From: Planctomycetota bacterium
Lineage (GTDB): Bacteria; Planctomycetota; UBA1135; UBA2386
NCBI GenBank assembly: GCA_965223545.1
Contig: OZ245006.1
Location: 6,112,001 to 6,176,000 of the forward strand
DNA: 64,000 nt
Reading direction: 5' to 3'
The position numbers were made by a program, and so were the translations under genes. Shown here one piece after another: positions 38,299-47,684 of this stretch. The notes beneath the pieces are model-generated. The model saw only the letters and a program-made list of their open reading frames with translations. It searched no databases and was not told the origin of the DNA. Within the stretch, counting starts at the first letter, position 1. Every line of letters starts with the position of its first letter.

Positions 38299-39339
38299 AT
38301 GTGCACCCGTCCTGTCCTCGCCGCGCTGACCCTCACCGCGGCCATCGCCGCCCAACCGCCCTCCGTGCAGATCTCGATCGGCATCCGCGAGACCGAAGCC
38401 GGCGGCGGATCCGCCTTTTCCGCCATCGGCGGCAACGGCGGTGCTTCCGGCGGCATCGAGTGGGTCAATCTCGATGGCCAGAGCCTCGTGCTGGACGGCA
38501 CTTGGCAGCAATTCACCTTCAACATCACCACGGACACGCTGACCGGCTTTGCCGGTACCACGGCCAACAACGTGCTCGAGGGCACCTACGGCACCCTCGA
38601 GCACATCCGCGTGCTGAACGGCTCGGGCGTCACCGATCCCATGTCGCTGTGGGTGGACGATGTCACCAACACGACCAATAGTGGCGGCCCCACCGTGTTC
38701 GGTGACTTCGAGGGCTTCGCCGACGGGGACGAAGTGATGTTCCAGGAGCCGACCTTCTCCGGTTCGACGTCCGGCAACATCGTCGCCGGTGCGACCTCCG
38801 GCGTGGACAACCTGGTCGCCTCGCGGTCGGCGTCCTGCCGCTTCGACCTGCAGTTCATCGACAACACGGCGACCCGCTGGGTGCGGCTGACCAGCTTCAG
38901 CGCCACCAACATCCCCAACCCGCAGATCCGTTTCGATGACGGCAGCGTCATCACCTTCTGGATGCGCGGCGGCGATTGCCAGCCCAGTCTCGGCGGACAG
39001 GGACCGGGCAACGCGATCGCCGAGCTCTGCGGCGAGGGGCTCAACTCCGGTGAGGCGAGCGCGTACCACGTGGCAAACGCGCCGGCCGGTGCGCTCGGCG
39101 CGCTCGGCATTTCCACCGCCAACCAGCCGGACCTTTCGATCTTCGGCGGCACGCTGATCTCGGGCCTCGGTCTGGTGAGCACCTTCCCGCTCGCGGCGAA
39201 TCCCGCCGGCAGCGTCACCTTGCCGGTGCCGGGCTCGGCGTCGATGATCGATCTGGTGTTGCAGAGCGCATTCGTCGATGCGAGCCAGCCTGCCAACTTC
39301 ACTTTCACCAACGCGGTGCAGGCGAGCTTCGGGCAGTAG
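38299..39339 (+). CDS. Secreted beta-rich protein of unknown function
   Basis: RBS AAGGAG, signal peptide (AIA-Q), Gly/Thr/Asn-rich body, C-terminal domain resembling that of the Kelch protein. Confidence 0.75.
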   Translation: MCTRPVLAALTLTAAIAAQPPSVQISIGIRETEAGGGSAFSAIGGNGGASGGIEWVNLDGQSLVLDGTWQQFTFNITTDTLTGFAGTTANNVLEGTYGTLEHIRVLNGSGVTDPMSLWVDDVTNTTNSGGPTVFGDFEGFADGDEVMFQEPTFSGSTSGNIVAGATSGVDNLVASRSASCRFDLQFIDNTATRWVRLTSFSATNIPNPQIRFDDGSVITFWMRGGDCQPSLGGQGPGNAIAELCGEGLNSGEASAYHVANAPAGALGALGISTANQPDLSIFGGTLISGLGLVSTFPLAANPAGSVTLPVPGSASMIDLVLQSAFVDASQPANFTFTNAVQASFGQ

Positions 39340-39396
39340 GAGCCGTTTTTCGCCAGCCGCGCGCGGGGCGCCGGCCCTCCGGTTAGCCTCGCACCG

Positions 39397-40644
39397 ATGA
39401 TCCGAGCTCCCTTGCTGGTCCCGTTGCTGGCGGCGGTCTGCGTCGCCCAGCCGACGCTGGGTGAACAGTGGTGCGCGGTGCGCGATGCCGTGCTGCCCGG
39501 CGACTCGGATGCCGGCTGGCGCGCGATCCGCTGGCACGAGACGATGACCGAGGGACTGCTCGAGGGGCAGCGCACGCAGCGCCCCGTGCTGCTGTGGGCG
39601 ATGAACGGTCACCCCCTCGGCTGCACTTGAAACAACGGCGTCGCTGCCAGACGGTCGGTCTGGTCCGATCCCGCAGTGCAGGCGTTGGTCGAGCGTTTCG
39701 TGCCCGCCGCCGACGAGGTCAGTCGGCTGCAGCGCGGTGACGACGCCGAGTGCCGGTTCTTTCAGTCCTTCGCCGAGGACGGTCACTACGGCGGGCGCAG
39801 CGTGCCGACGGGGACCCGGCAGGGCATCTACGCCGTCGCGCCCAGCGGGCGGCTGCTCGCCTCGATCAACACGCGGAGCCCGCTGCGCATGGTGGACATG
39901 CTCGAGCGCGCGCTGCGCGCTTGGCAGGCGATGCCCGCTGCCGAACGCGAGCTCGATGCCTACCGGGCCGCGCAGCTGCGCGCGGTGCGCCGGGCGCGCG
40001 ATCGGTTCCCCGAAGACGGTCTCGTGTTGGAGGTGCTGGCGCGCGACCTGCCCCGCGGGGAGGCCGCGAACGAGACCGAGTCCGCGCACTGGCACGCCGC
40101 CGCGTGGAATCGCGATTGGGCGTGGTTCACCGCCGAAGAAGTGCGCCGCTGGCTGGGCGAGGAGCTCGTGCCCGGCGAGGGGCGCGCACTGCCCGAGGAC
40201 CTGGCGCTGCGCTTGGCGCGGTTGCACTGTGTCGACCACGTGCGTGGCCAGGTCAAGCCGTGGCGGGTCGAGGAGGTGCGGCAGGCGGAGTTCGTCGCCC
40301 GCGTCGAACGCGTGCGAAAAGGGGTCGCGGAGCTGCGGCTCGAGGGGGCTGTGCGGGCCGAGGCCAGCGGCCACTGGCCCGTGCGCGGCCACCGCGATCG
40401 CGAGGCGCCGCTCGCGCAGAGCCGCGGGATCGATCTGCGCTTTGCCGGCGTGGCGAGCTACGACCAGCAGCAGCAGAGGTTCGTCGCACTGCAGCTGATC
40501 GGCGAGGGGACCAGGCACGGTGGCACGCAGTACAACAGCCGAGGCGGCGATCTCGAGACTGCGCCGATTGGGCTGGTGCTCCGGTGGACTCCCGAGCCGG
40601 CACGGGTCGCGCCGGCGTTCTTTTGGAAGTACGGATGGCGATGA
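39397..40644 (+). CDS. Probable exported selenoprotein (CxU motif; UGA at 39628-39630 read as Sec), 415 aa
   Basis: ORFs 39397-39630 and 39676-40644 are in the same frame, separated only by the TGA in LWAMNGHPLGCT*NNG; SECIS-like hairpin follows; N-terminal signal peptide. Confidence 0.75.
39640..39669 (+). promoter_or_regulatory. Candidate bacterial SECIS element
   Basis: Perfect upper stem CCAGAC/GTCTGG (39647-39663) with a G-initiated loop GGTCG, separated from the UGA by 16 nt; lower stem GTCG/CGAT. Confidence 0.65.
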
Positions 40645-43127
40645 TCGGATTTCGGTGGGTGGCGGCGGTGGTCGGGCTCGGCTTGGTGAGTGGATGTGGG
40701 AGTGCGCCCGGCGAAGCGCGTCCCGCTGCGCGCGGCGACGCGCTGCCCACCATCGCCGCCGTGGCAGACGCGTGGGAACGGCACGACGGCTTCGTCCCGT
40801 TCTACTGGGACGCGGCGGCGGGCCGTTTGTGGCTGGTGCTGCGCGACGGGCAAGAGCTGCTGTATGCCACCGGTTTGGCCAGCGGGCTGGGGTCCAATCC
40901 GGTCGGCCTGGACCGCGGCCAGGTCGGAGGCGAGCGCATCGTGGATGTGCGCCGGACTGGCGGTCGACTGCTGATGGTGGCGCGCAACCTCCGCTATCGA
41001 GCGCTCAGTGACAACGCCGCCGAGCGGCGAGCGGTGGCCGATTCGTTCGCTGCCTCGGTGCTGTGGGGGTTCGAGATCGCGGCCGAGGACGACGATGGCG
41101 CGGTGTTGGTCGATGCCACCCCGTTCTTGTTGTCCGATCGCCGGGGCATCGCGCGCACGCTGCAGCGCCGCGGGCAGGGCGGCTTTTCGCTCGACGGCAG
41201 CCGTTCGGCGGTCCATCGCGAGCGCTGTGCCGCGTTCCCGGACAACACCGAGCTCGAGGCGCTGCTGACGTTCACCAGCGGGGAGCCGGGTGGCGAGGTA
41301 CGCGCCACGGCGGCCGACGCAGGGGCCGTGAGTCTGCGCACGCGCCACAGCTTCATCCGACTGCCGGACGATGGTTATCAGCCCCGGGAAGCGGATCCAC
41401 GCGTTGGCTACAACACGACCGGGTTCGCCGACTACGCGGCGGCGATCGACGCGCCGATGCGGGTGCGTTGGATCCAGCGGCACCGCTTGCGCAAGCGTGA
41501 CCCCTCGGCGGCGCGCAGCCATCCGGTGCAGGGGATCGTCTACTACCTCGATCCAGGCGTACCGGAACCCGTGCGCTCGGCGCTGCGCGATGGCGCGGCG
41601 TGGTGGGCAGAGGCGTTCGAGGACGCGGGCTTCATCGACGCGTTTCGGGTCGAGGACCTGCCTGCCGGCGCCGATCCGCTCGACGTGCGCTACAACATGA
41701 TCCACTGGGTGCACCGCGCCACACGCGGCTGGTCCTATGGCGGGTCGATCAGTGATCCCCGCACGGGCGAGATCCTCAAGGGCAACGTGTTGCTCGGCTC
41801 GCTGCGGGTTCGCCAGGACTATTTGATCCTGCGTGCGCTCGGCACCGACGAAGAGGCGCGCCGGCACGCGTTGGCGCGGTTGCGGCAGCTCGCCGCCCAC
41901 GAACTCGGCCACACGCTCGGCCTCACCCATAACTTCGCGGCCAGCACCTACGGCGGCCGCGCCTCGGTGATGGACTACCCGGCACCGCTGGTGACCGTGA
42001 CCCCGGACGGCGCGCTCGATCTGTCGGCGGCCTACGGCGTCGGGGTCGGCGGCTACGACCGGTTCGCGATCCGCTACGGCTACACCGAGTTCGCTCCGGG
42101 GATCGACGCGGCGGCCGCGCTGCGTGCCATGGTGGACTCCGAGGCACCAGACCATCTCTTCCTGAGCGACGCCGACGCGCGCCCGGCCGGCGCGGCCCAT
42201 CCGCTGGCTTCGCTGTGGGACAACGGCGCCGATCCGGTGGCGGCGCTGGTCGATGCGGTGCGTGTGCGCGCCGCCGGTCTGCGACGGTTCGCTTCCCGCG
42301 AGCCCGACCGCGGCTCCGTGCTGGCAGAGCAGGAGGAGATGCTGGTGCCGCTCTACTTGCACCATCGCTATCAGTTGGCGGCGACCGTGAAGATGCTGGG
42401 CGGGCAGTACTACGAGTACTCGGTGGCAGCCGCCGCGGCCCCGCCGCCGACAGCGCGCCGCGCGGTGCCGGCGCCGAGGCAGCGCGCGGCGTTGGCCGCG
42501 GTGCTGCAGTGCATCGATGCCGAGCTGTTGACGCCGCCGCCGGCCGTCCTCGAGGCGATCCCGCCGCACCCGCCCGGCTACGGCGGCGAGCGGTTCGACC
42601 GCGCCACGGGGGCGCCCCTGGATCCGGTGGCGATGGCGGTCACCGCGGCGCGGCTCGTGCTCGACGGTCTGTTGCAGCGCCAGCGCGCGGCACGGCTGGC
42701 AGAGCAGGTCGCGCGGGATCCGGCCCAGCTGGGGTTCGGCGAAGTGCTGGGTGGACTGGTGGCGCGCACGCTGGGCGCACCGCGCCGCGAGGGGTTGGTC
42801 GGGCTGGTCCAGCGGGCGATCGACCGGAGCGTGCTGGAGCGCCTGATGGACCTCGCGGTCGACCCAGCCGCCGCACCGGTGGTGCGCGCCGCGGCGCACG
42901 AGTCGCTGGTCGACCACGCCGCGGCGCTGGGCTCGTTGCCGCCGGCCTTCGGGCCGGAGCAACGGGCGTTGCAGCGCGATCTCGAGAGCTTTTTGCGCCG
43001 ACCCGACCTGCGTCCCCCGCCCGCGGCCGCGCCCGAGACGCCGCCGGGCGATCCCATCGGGACATTGGATTTCGCGAATTCGGGTGGTGGCTGCGCGCAC
43101 GGTCGCGCTGCGTTGCAGATGAGGTAG
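40641..43127 (+). CDS. Zinc-dependent metalloprotease (EcxA-like, DUF5117/DUF4953), lipoprotein
   Basis: LVSGC lipobox, DPRVGY, DPRTGEILKG, HELGHTLGLTHNF, SVMDY. ATGA overlap with the upstream stop. Confidence 0.9.
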   Translation: MIGFRWVAAVVGLGLVSGCGSAPGEARPAARGDALPTIAAVADAWERHDGFVPFYWDAAAGRLWLVLRDGQELLYATGLASGLGSNPVGLDRGQVGGERIVDVRRTGGRLLMVARNLRYRALSDNAAERRAVADSFAASVLWGFEIAAEDDDGAVLVDATPFLLSDRRGIARTLQRRGQGGFSLDGSRSAVHRERCAAFPDNTELEALLTFTSGEPGGEVRATAADAGAVSLRTRHSFIRLPDDGYQPREADPRVGYNTTGFADYAAAIDAPMRVRWIQRHRLRKRDPSAARSHPVQGIVYYLDPGVPEPVRSALRDGAAWWAEAFEDAGFIDAFRVEDLPAGADPLDVRYNMIHWVHRATRGWSYGGSISDPRTGEILKGNVLLGSLRVRQDYLILRALGTDEEARRHALARLRQLAAHELGHTLGLTHNFAASTYGGRASVMDYPAPLVTVTPDGALDLSAAYGVGVGGYDRFAIRYGYTEFAPGIDAAAALRAMVDSEAPDHLFLSDADARPAGAAHPLASLWDNGADPVAALVDAVRVRAAGLRRFASREPDRGSVLAEQEEMLVPLYLHHRYQLAATVKMLGGQYYEYSVAAAAAPPPTARRAVPAPRQRAALAAVLQCIDAELLTPPPAVLEAIPPHPPGYGGERFDRATGAPLDPVAMAVTAARLVLDGLLQRQRAARLAEQVARDPAQLGFGEVLGGLVARTLGAPRREGLVGLVQRAIDRSVLERLMDLAVDPAAAPVVRAAAHESLVDHAAALGSLPPAFGPEQRALQRDLESFLRRPDLRPPPAAAPETPPGDPIGTLDFANSGGGCAHGRAALQMR

Positions 43128-43129
43128 CG

Positions 43130-46078
43130 ATGAAGCTCGGTCCCAGGCATTGGCTCGTGTTCGTCCTGGTCGCGGTGATGGGAGCGGGGGCGTTCCTCCT
43201 CTGGGGGGGCGGCGCGCCACCGCCGGTGGCACAGCCGGTGACGGTGGCGGATGGGGCGGCGAGTGACGCCGCGGTCGTTGCCGTGGACGAGCTCGCACCG
43301 GTCGACTCCAGCGAGGTACATCGGACCACCGTCGAGGTGGGAGCCGTTGCGGGAGAGTCGCTCGATGAAGTGTCCCGCGCCGCGCTCGCCGGTTTCGTCG
43401 GTCGCGTGGTCCGCGCCGATGGGCAACCCGTGCCCGGCGCCCGCCTCGAGCTGTTCCAGTTCGGCTTCGACCGCGTGATGGAGGCGGCGGGCGCGTCGTG
43501 GTTCGAGCGCACGGTCGAACCGCGCATCGAGGCCGGTGCTGCTACGGCGGGGGACGACGGGCGCTTCCACCTGGCGGGCGTGTGGCCGAGCGGCTTCTAC
43601 CTCTTGCGTGCAGGTACCAACACCGAGAACCCGTCCACCCATCCGATCGAGCGGTGTCCCGGCCCGGGGGAGGTCGTCGACTTGGGGGACCTCGAGTTGG
43701 TCGATGGCGCGGTGCTGTCCGGCACGATCGTCGACGAGGGTGGTGCGCCGGTGGTCGGCGCGTTGGTGCGCGCCGTGGACTTGCCGGCAGCCCTGCTGCG
43801 GCTCGTTCCGCTCGAGCGGTTTCACCCCGATGGCGCGTTGATCATCCACGAGGGGAGCGCGCGGCTGGTGTTTCAGGTGCCGGCCTGGGGTCGCCGGCTG
43901 TTCACCAAGCTTCCCGTGCCGCAGACCCGGACCGGCGCGGACGGCAGCTTCAGACTCACCGGATTGACGGCGGGTGTGCAGTCGCTGGTGGCGACGGCCG
44001 ATGGATTCACTGCCCTGCATCGGCCCGGGCTGCAGCTGTCGGCTGGGCAGTCCCGCGATCTCGGCGCGTTGGAGATCGAGTTCGGCGAAGAAGTCCGTGG
44101 CGAGGTCGTCGACACCGCCGGTGAACCGGTGCCGGCGTGCGAGGTGCTGATCGGCCAGACCGGCGCCGCGGGCGAGGTCTACTTCTGCGGGCCCGCGCTC
44201 ACCGCCGACGCGCGCGGCGCGTTCGCGGTGACCGGTTTTGCGTCGGGCAAGGTGATCGCGGCGGCGCGGCGCGCGGCCGGCGACCCGTGGGTAGTCGTCG
44301 ACCCGCAGCCGGTGCTGCGCGACGTGCGCATCACGCTACCGGCGACGTTCGACTGGACCATCGGGTTCGCGTCGACGGACGGTGTGGTGGCGCTGGAGAC
44401 GCCGCCGTCGCTGCGCTTGGTGCCGGGTCGCTCGCGCGATGGTGCGCTCGAGCAGATGTGGTTCGGCTTGACCGACGCGGTGGCCAGCGCTCAGCGCGCG
44501 CGGCTGGAGGAGGGCCGGTTGGTGCTCACCGCGTTGCCGGCCGGTCGATACACGGCGCTGTTGCATTGTGAGGGCTACGCGCTGGCCGTCGCCAATGTCG
44601 ATCTGCGGGCGGATGTGGAGACGAAGGTGCAGCTCCTTCCCGCGGCGCGGCTGCGAGTCGTCGCGGTCGGGCCCCAAGATCAGCCCCTGGCGGGGGTGTC
44701 CGTGCTCGCGCACTTTCGCGGAGGGCAAACCAGTGCGCGGGTGGGTGACATGCCCGTCGACCTGGGCACGACCGGGGCGGATGGAGTGCTCGTCGCCGAC
44801 GACTTGCCACCGGTCGAGTACCGGCTGTCGGCGCGGCACCTCGCCTTTGGTTGGGTGCATCATCGCGGTACGGTGGGGGCCGACGAGGTCCGGCTGCGGT
44901 TCGATGCTCCGGGCTCGATCGCCGGCGTCATCAGCGAGGCGGGTGGAGTGCCCCGCGAGCGCTGGATGGTCGCCGCGATGTTGGACAAGCGGGAGCGCGG
45001 CGCGGTTCCCGACATGCCGCGTCTGACCGCGCCGAACGGCAACGGCGAGTTCGAGTTCTCCGGCATGCAGCCCGGGGAATACGAAGTGGTGGCCCTGCCG
45101 TCGATCGCCGGTCTGACCACACCGGGCGCGGCGATGCAGCTCGAGGACATGTTCGACTGGCGCGAGCACCCCGAGGCCGAAGTGACCGTGGCCTCAGGCC
45201 AAGTCGCGCGGGTGCGTTTGGAGGTCGGCCCCGGCCTCACGCCGGCGAGTGGCGTCGCCGTCAAGGGCACGGTCAGCGACAATGGACGCCCCGGTCAGGG
45301 GCTCTACGTGACGCTGCGCGGCAGCGGGCGCACCCGGGTCATGGTGGACCAGCAAGGGCGCTTCGACCTGGGCTTGGTGCGGCCGGGTCGTCTGCACGTG
45401 GGAGTCGAGCGCGCTGACAGAGTCCACCGGAGCATCTTGTGGCAGCAGTCTCACGAGGCCGAGGCTGGCGCCGACCTGCACTTCGACATCCAGCTGCGCA
45501 CGGTGAGTGTCGAGGGCCGCGTGGTGGACCCCGCCGGCGTCGGAGCCGGGGGAGTGCACGTGTCGATGGCCGGCAGCACGGGATCGGGCGCCGAACGCTC
45601 GAGTGCGCGGTACTCGACGCTCACCGATGCGGAAGGCGGATTCTCGTTCGCCCAAGTGGTGGCCGCCGACTACCGCCTGGATGCGCGCGAGCGCGGCGGC
45701 AGCACGAGTGCGACCGCCAGTCTCGAATCACTGCGCGTGGAGGCGGCCGTCCACGGGTTGACGCTGCGGCTGCAGCCGACCTATCGCGTCACCGGTGTCG
45801 TCGACGTCTCCCTGCTGCAGATCTCGGATGGCGATCAGGTATGGGGTTGGCTACAGCCGCCCGACACGGAGCAAAACCACGAGCAGCGGCACTGGGGCAC
45901 GGTGAGTCGCAGTGGTCAGTTCGACTTCTCCCGAGTCCCGGCGGGGCGATACACGCTGTGGGTCAACTCGTTCGAGGATGGCGGTCGTCCGCGCTTGCTG
46001 CACAGCGTCGCCCCGCTCGAAGTCGGTGCGCGGAACCACTCCGGCTACTCGGTGCAGCTGGTCGAGTCCGGCCAATAA
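43130..46078 (+). CDS. Membrane-anchored carboxypeptidase-regulatory-like repeat protein
   Basis: N-terminal TM helix; many GxVxDxxGxPVxGAxV / TxxDGxF repeats. Confidence 0.8.
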   Translation: MKLGPRHWLVFVLVAVMGAGAFLLWGGGAPPPVAQPVTVADGAASDAAVVAVDELAPVDSSEVHRTTVEVGAVAGESLDEVSRAALAGFVGRVVRADGQPVPGARLELFQFGFDRVMEAAGASWFERTVEPRIEAGAATAGDDGRFHLAGVWPSGFYLLRAGTNTENPSTHPIERCPGPGEVVDLGDLELVDGAVLSGTIVDEGGAPVVGALVRAVDLPAALLRLVPLERFHPDGALIIHEGSARLVFQVPAWGRRLFTKLPVPQTRTGADGSFRLTGLTAGVQSLVATADGFTALHRPGLQLSAGQSRDLGALEIEFGEEVRGEVVDTAGEPVPACEVLIGQTGAAGEVYFCGPALTADARGAFAVTGFASGKVIAAARRAAGDPWVVVDPQPVLRDVRITLPATFDWTIGFASTDGVVALETPPSLRLVPGRSRDGALEQMWFGLTDAVASAQRARLEEGRLVLTALPAGRYTALLHCEGYALAVANVDLRADVETKVQLLPAARLRVVAVGPQDQPLAGVSVLAHFRGGQTSARVGDMPVDLGTTGADGVLVADDLPPVEYRLSARHLAFGWVHHRGTVGADEVRLRFDAPGSIAGVISEAGGVPRERWMVAAMLDKRERGAVPDMPRLTAPNGNGEFEFSGMQPGEYEVVALPSIAGLTTPGAAMQLEDMFDWREHPEAEVTVASGQVARVRLEVGPGLTPASGVAVKGTVSDNGRPGQGLYVTLRGSGRTRVMVDQQGRFDLGLVRPGRLHVGVERADRVHRSILWQQSHEAEAGADLHFDIQLRTVSVEGRVVDPAGVGAGGVHVSMAGSTGSGAERSSARYSTLTDAEGGFSFAQVVAADYRLDARERGGSTSATASLESLRVEAAVHGLTLRLQPTYRVTGVVDVSLLQISDGDQVWGWLQPPDTEQNHEQRHWGTVSRSGQFDFSRVPAGRYTLWVNSFEDGGRPRLLHSVAPLEVGARNHSGYSVQLVESGQ

Positions 46079-46087
46079 GAGCGCCGT

Positions 46088-47137
46088 TCAGTAGTGCAGC
46101 CGCACGCGGCGCTTCTCGCGGAGATCGAACAACAGGTCTTCGCGCCGGTGCTGCACCAGGAAACCGCGCACCGTGTCGTGTGCACCGGGGGTGAACAAGA
46201 AGGTCTTGCGCAGCTCCACGCCGACGCGCTTGATCAGATGCAGCCCGTAGGGACTGTCGATCGGCGCGCTGACCGCTCCGTCGTTGAGTTGCCAAGCGGT
46301 CCGGCACAGCACGGCCGGCAGCGTGGGGTGGAAGCGCTGCACACCCTCGAAGCGTCCGCCACGGGCGGCGCTCTTGCGGTCCTCGGAGAAACGCGCCGCC
46401 AGCTCCTCGAAGTTGCTGCCGTCTTCGGCGATCCGCGCCTGGATGTCGGCGATTTTCTCCCAAGCCGTCCGCCGTTCTGCCTCGGCGAGGAGCTCGAGCG
46501 TGACGGGATCGCGGTGGCGGATCAGGATGTGGGCAAAGGTCAGACGTCCGCCGAAGACGCGTGGATGGGCGTTGTAGTACGCGTACAGCTCCTGCTCGGA
46601 CGCCGCATCCGGCACCAAGAACTCGAGCCAGCCGCGCACTTCGGTGCGCAAGCCGTGGTAGCGCTGGAACCGTGCCAGATAGTAGTCAACCAGCTTCTGG
46701 TCGGCGTCGGCCGGCAGGTTTTGGCGTGGCAGCCATTGCTCGAACTCGGCTTTGAGGGCGGCGGACAGATGCACGTTGGCGTCGTCGAGCGCCAGGCCGC
46801 GTGACACTGCCTCCGCCTCCAGCGCGCGCACATCGGCGTACTGCCGCACCCAGTCGGTGCCGAACCGGTCCGCGGTGAAGCAGCGCCGCCCGCCGGGTGT
46901 CTGCAGGAAGCGGTCGAACTGCGGGTCGTGGCGGGTCGATACGTGCGCGACGAGGTCCGCGAGCGTCACCGCATCGCCGTTGACTTGGGCAATGACGCGG
47001 TCGGCGTCTCGCGGGTACTCGATCTTTATCGGTGGCGCTGGCGCCGGCGGGTCGGAGGTGACCGCGCCGTCCGGTTGGCACGGGACGGACGTGGCCGCGA
47101 TGACCACGGCGAACGAGCGGGCGATTGCCGAGTGCAT
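46088..47137 (-). CDS. PpiC-type peptidyl-prolyl isomerase, SurA/PrsA-like, exported
   Basis: VIAQVNG, HILI, FEELAARFSED..SAARGG, SPYGLHLI. Confidence 0.8.
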   Translation of the reverse strand: MHSAIARSFAVVIAATSVPCQPDGAVTSDPPAPAPPIKIEYPRDADRVIAQVNGDAVTLADLVAHVSTRHDPQFDRFLQTPGGRRCFTADRFGTDWVRQYADVRALEAEAVSRGLALDDANVHLSAALKAEFEQWLPRQNLPADADQKLVDYYLARFQRYHGLRTEVRGWLEFLVPDAASEQELYAYYNAHPRVFGGRLTFAHILIRHRDPVTLELLAEAERRTAWEKIADIQARIAEDGSNFEELAARFSEDRKSAARGGRFEGVQRFHPTLPAVLCRTAWQLNDGAVSAPIDSPYGLHLIKRVGVELRKTFLFTPGAHDTVRGFLVQHRREDLLFDLREKRRVRLHY

Positions 47138-47313
47138 GATGGCGGTAGACGTCACCATCTAGACCGTAACACGCGCTCAACCAAAGCGGCATCGGCCGGC
47201 TTCGCAAGTCGCGGTTGCAAGGGCGAAAGCGGCGAGAACGCTGGGCTCCGCTCGGCCCGCGCGGCACAATCGGCCGCTTTGCTTGCCGGGTCGAGGAGGC
47301 CCGTCCCGCCGCG

Positions 47314-47595
47314 ATGAAGAAAGCCACCGCCCGTCACATTCTGGTCCCCTCCGAACAGTCCTGTCAGGCTCTGAAGGACGAAATCGCCGGCGGTGCCGAC
47401 TTTGCCGCGGTCGCGGCAAAGCACTCGCAGTGCCCCTCCGGTCAGAGTGGTGGTGATCTCGGTGAGTTCGGCCCCGGCCAGATGGTGCCGGAGTTCGACA
47501 CCGTGGTCTTCAACGAGGCGGTCGGGGTGGTGCACGGGCCGATCAAGACCCAGTTTGGCTACCACCTGGTCGAGATCACCAGCCGGACGCCGTGA
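47314..47595 (+). CDS. ppiC: Parvulin peptidyl-prolyl isomerase
   Basis: ARHILV, HSQCPSG..GGDLGEF..GQMVPEFD, KTQFGYH; 93 aa. Confidence 0.92.
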   Translation: MKKATARHILVPSEQSCQALKDEIAGGADFAAVAAKHSQCPSGQSGGDLGEFGPGQMVPEFDTVVFNEAVGVVHGPIKTQFGYHLVEITSRTP

Positions 47596-47684
47596 GCTCG
47601 GGCAGGGGCGGGCTGGTCTCGGCATAATTCCCCCTCCGGCCCGGCGTCGTCGTTGCGCCCGAGGGGCCAGAGGCGCCGCCCGTC

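Noticed and set aside
39397..39630. Treating the 77-aa ORF as a complete small protein, or the UGA as a simple nonsense mutation
   Set aside because: Not excluded, but disfavoured: the stop is UGA two codons after a Cys, the frame continues seamlessly, and a SECIS-like hairpin sits at the expected distance.
46088..47595. Divergent pair of parvulin-type PPIase genes as a novel system
   Set aside because: Both are ordinary, well-known families; adjacency alone is weak evidence.
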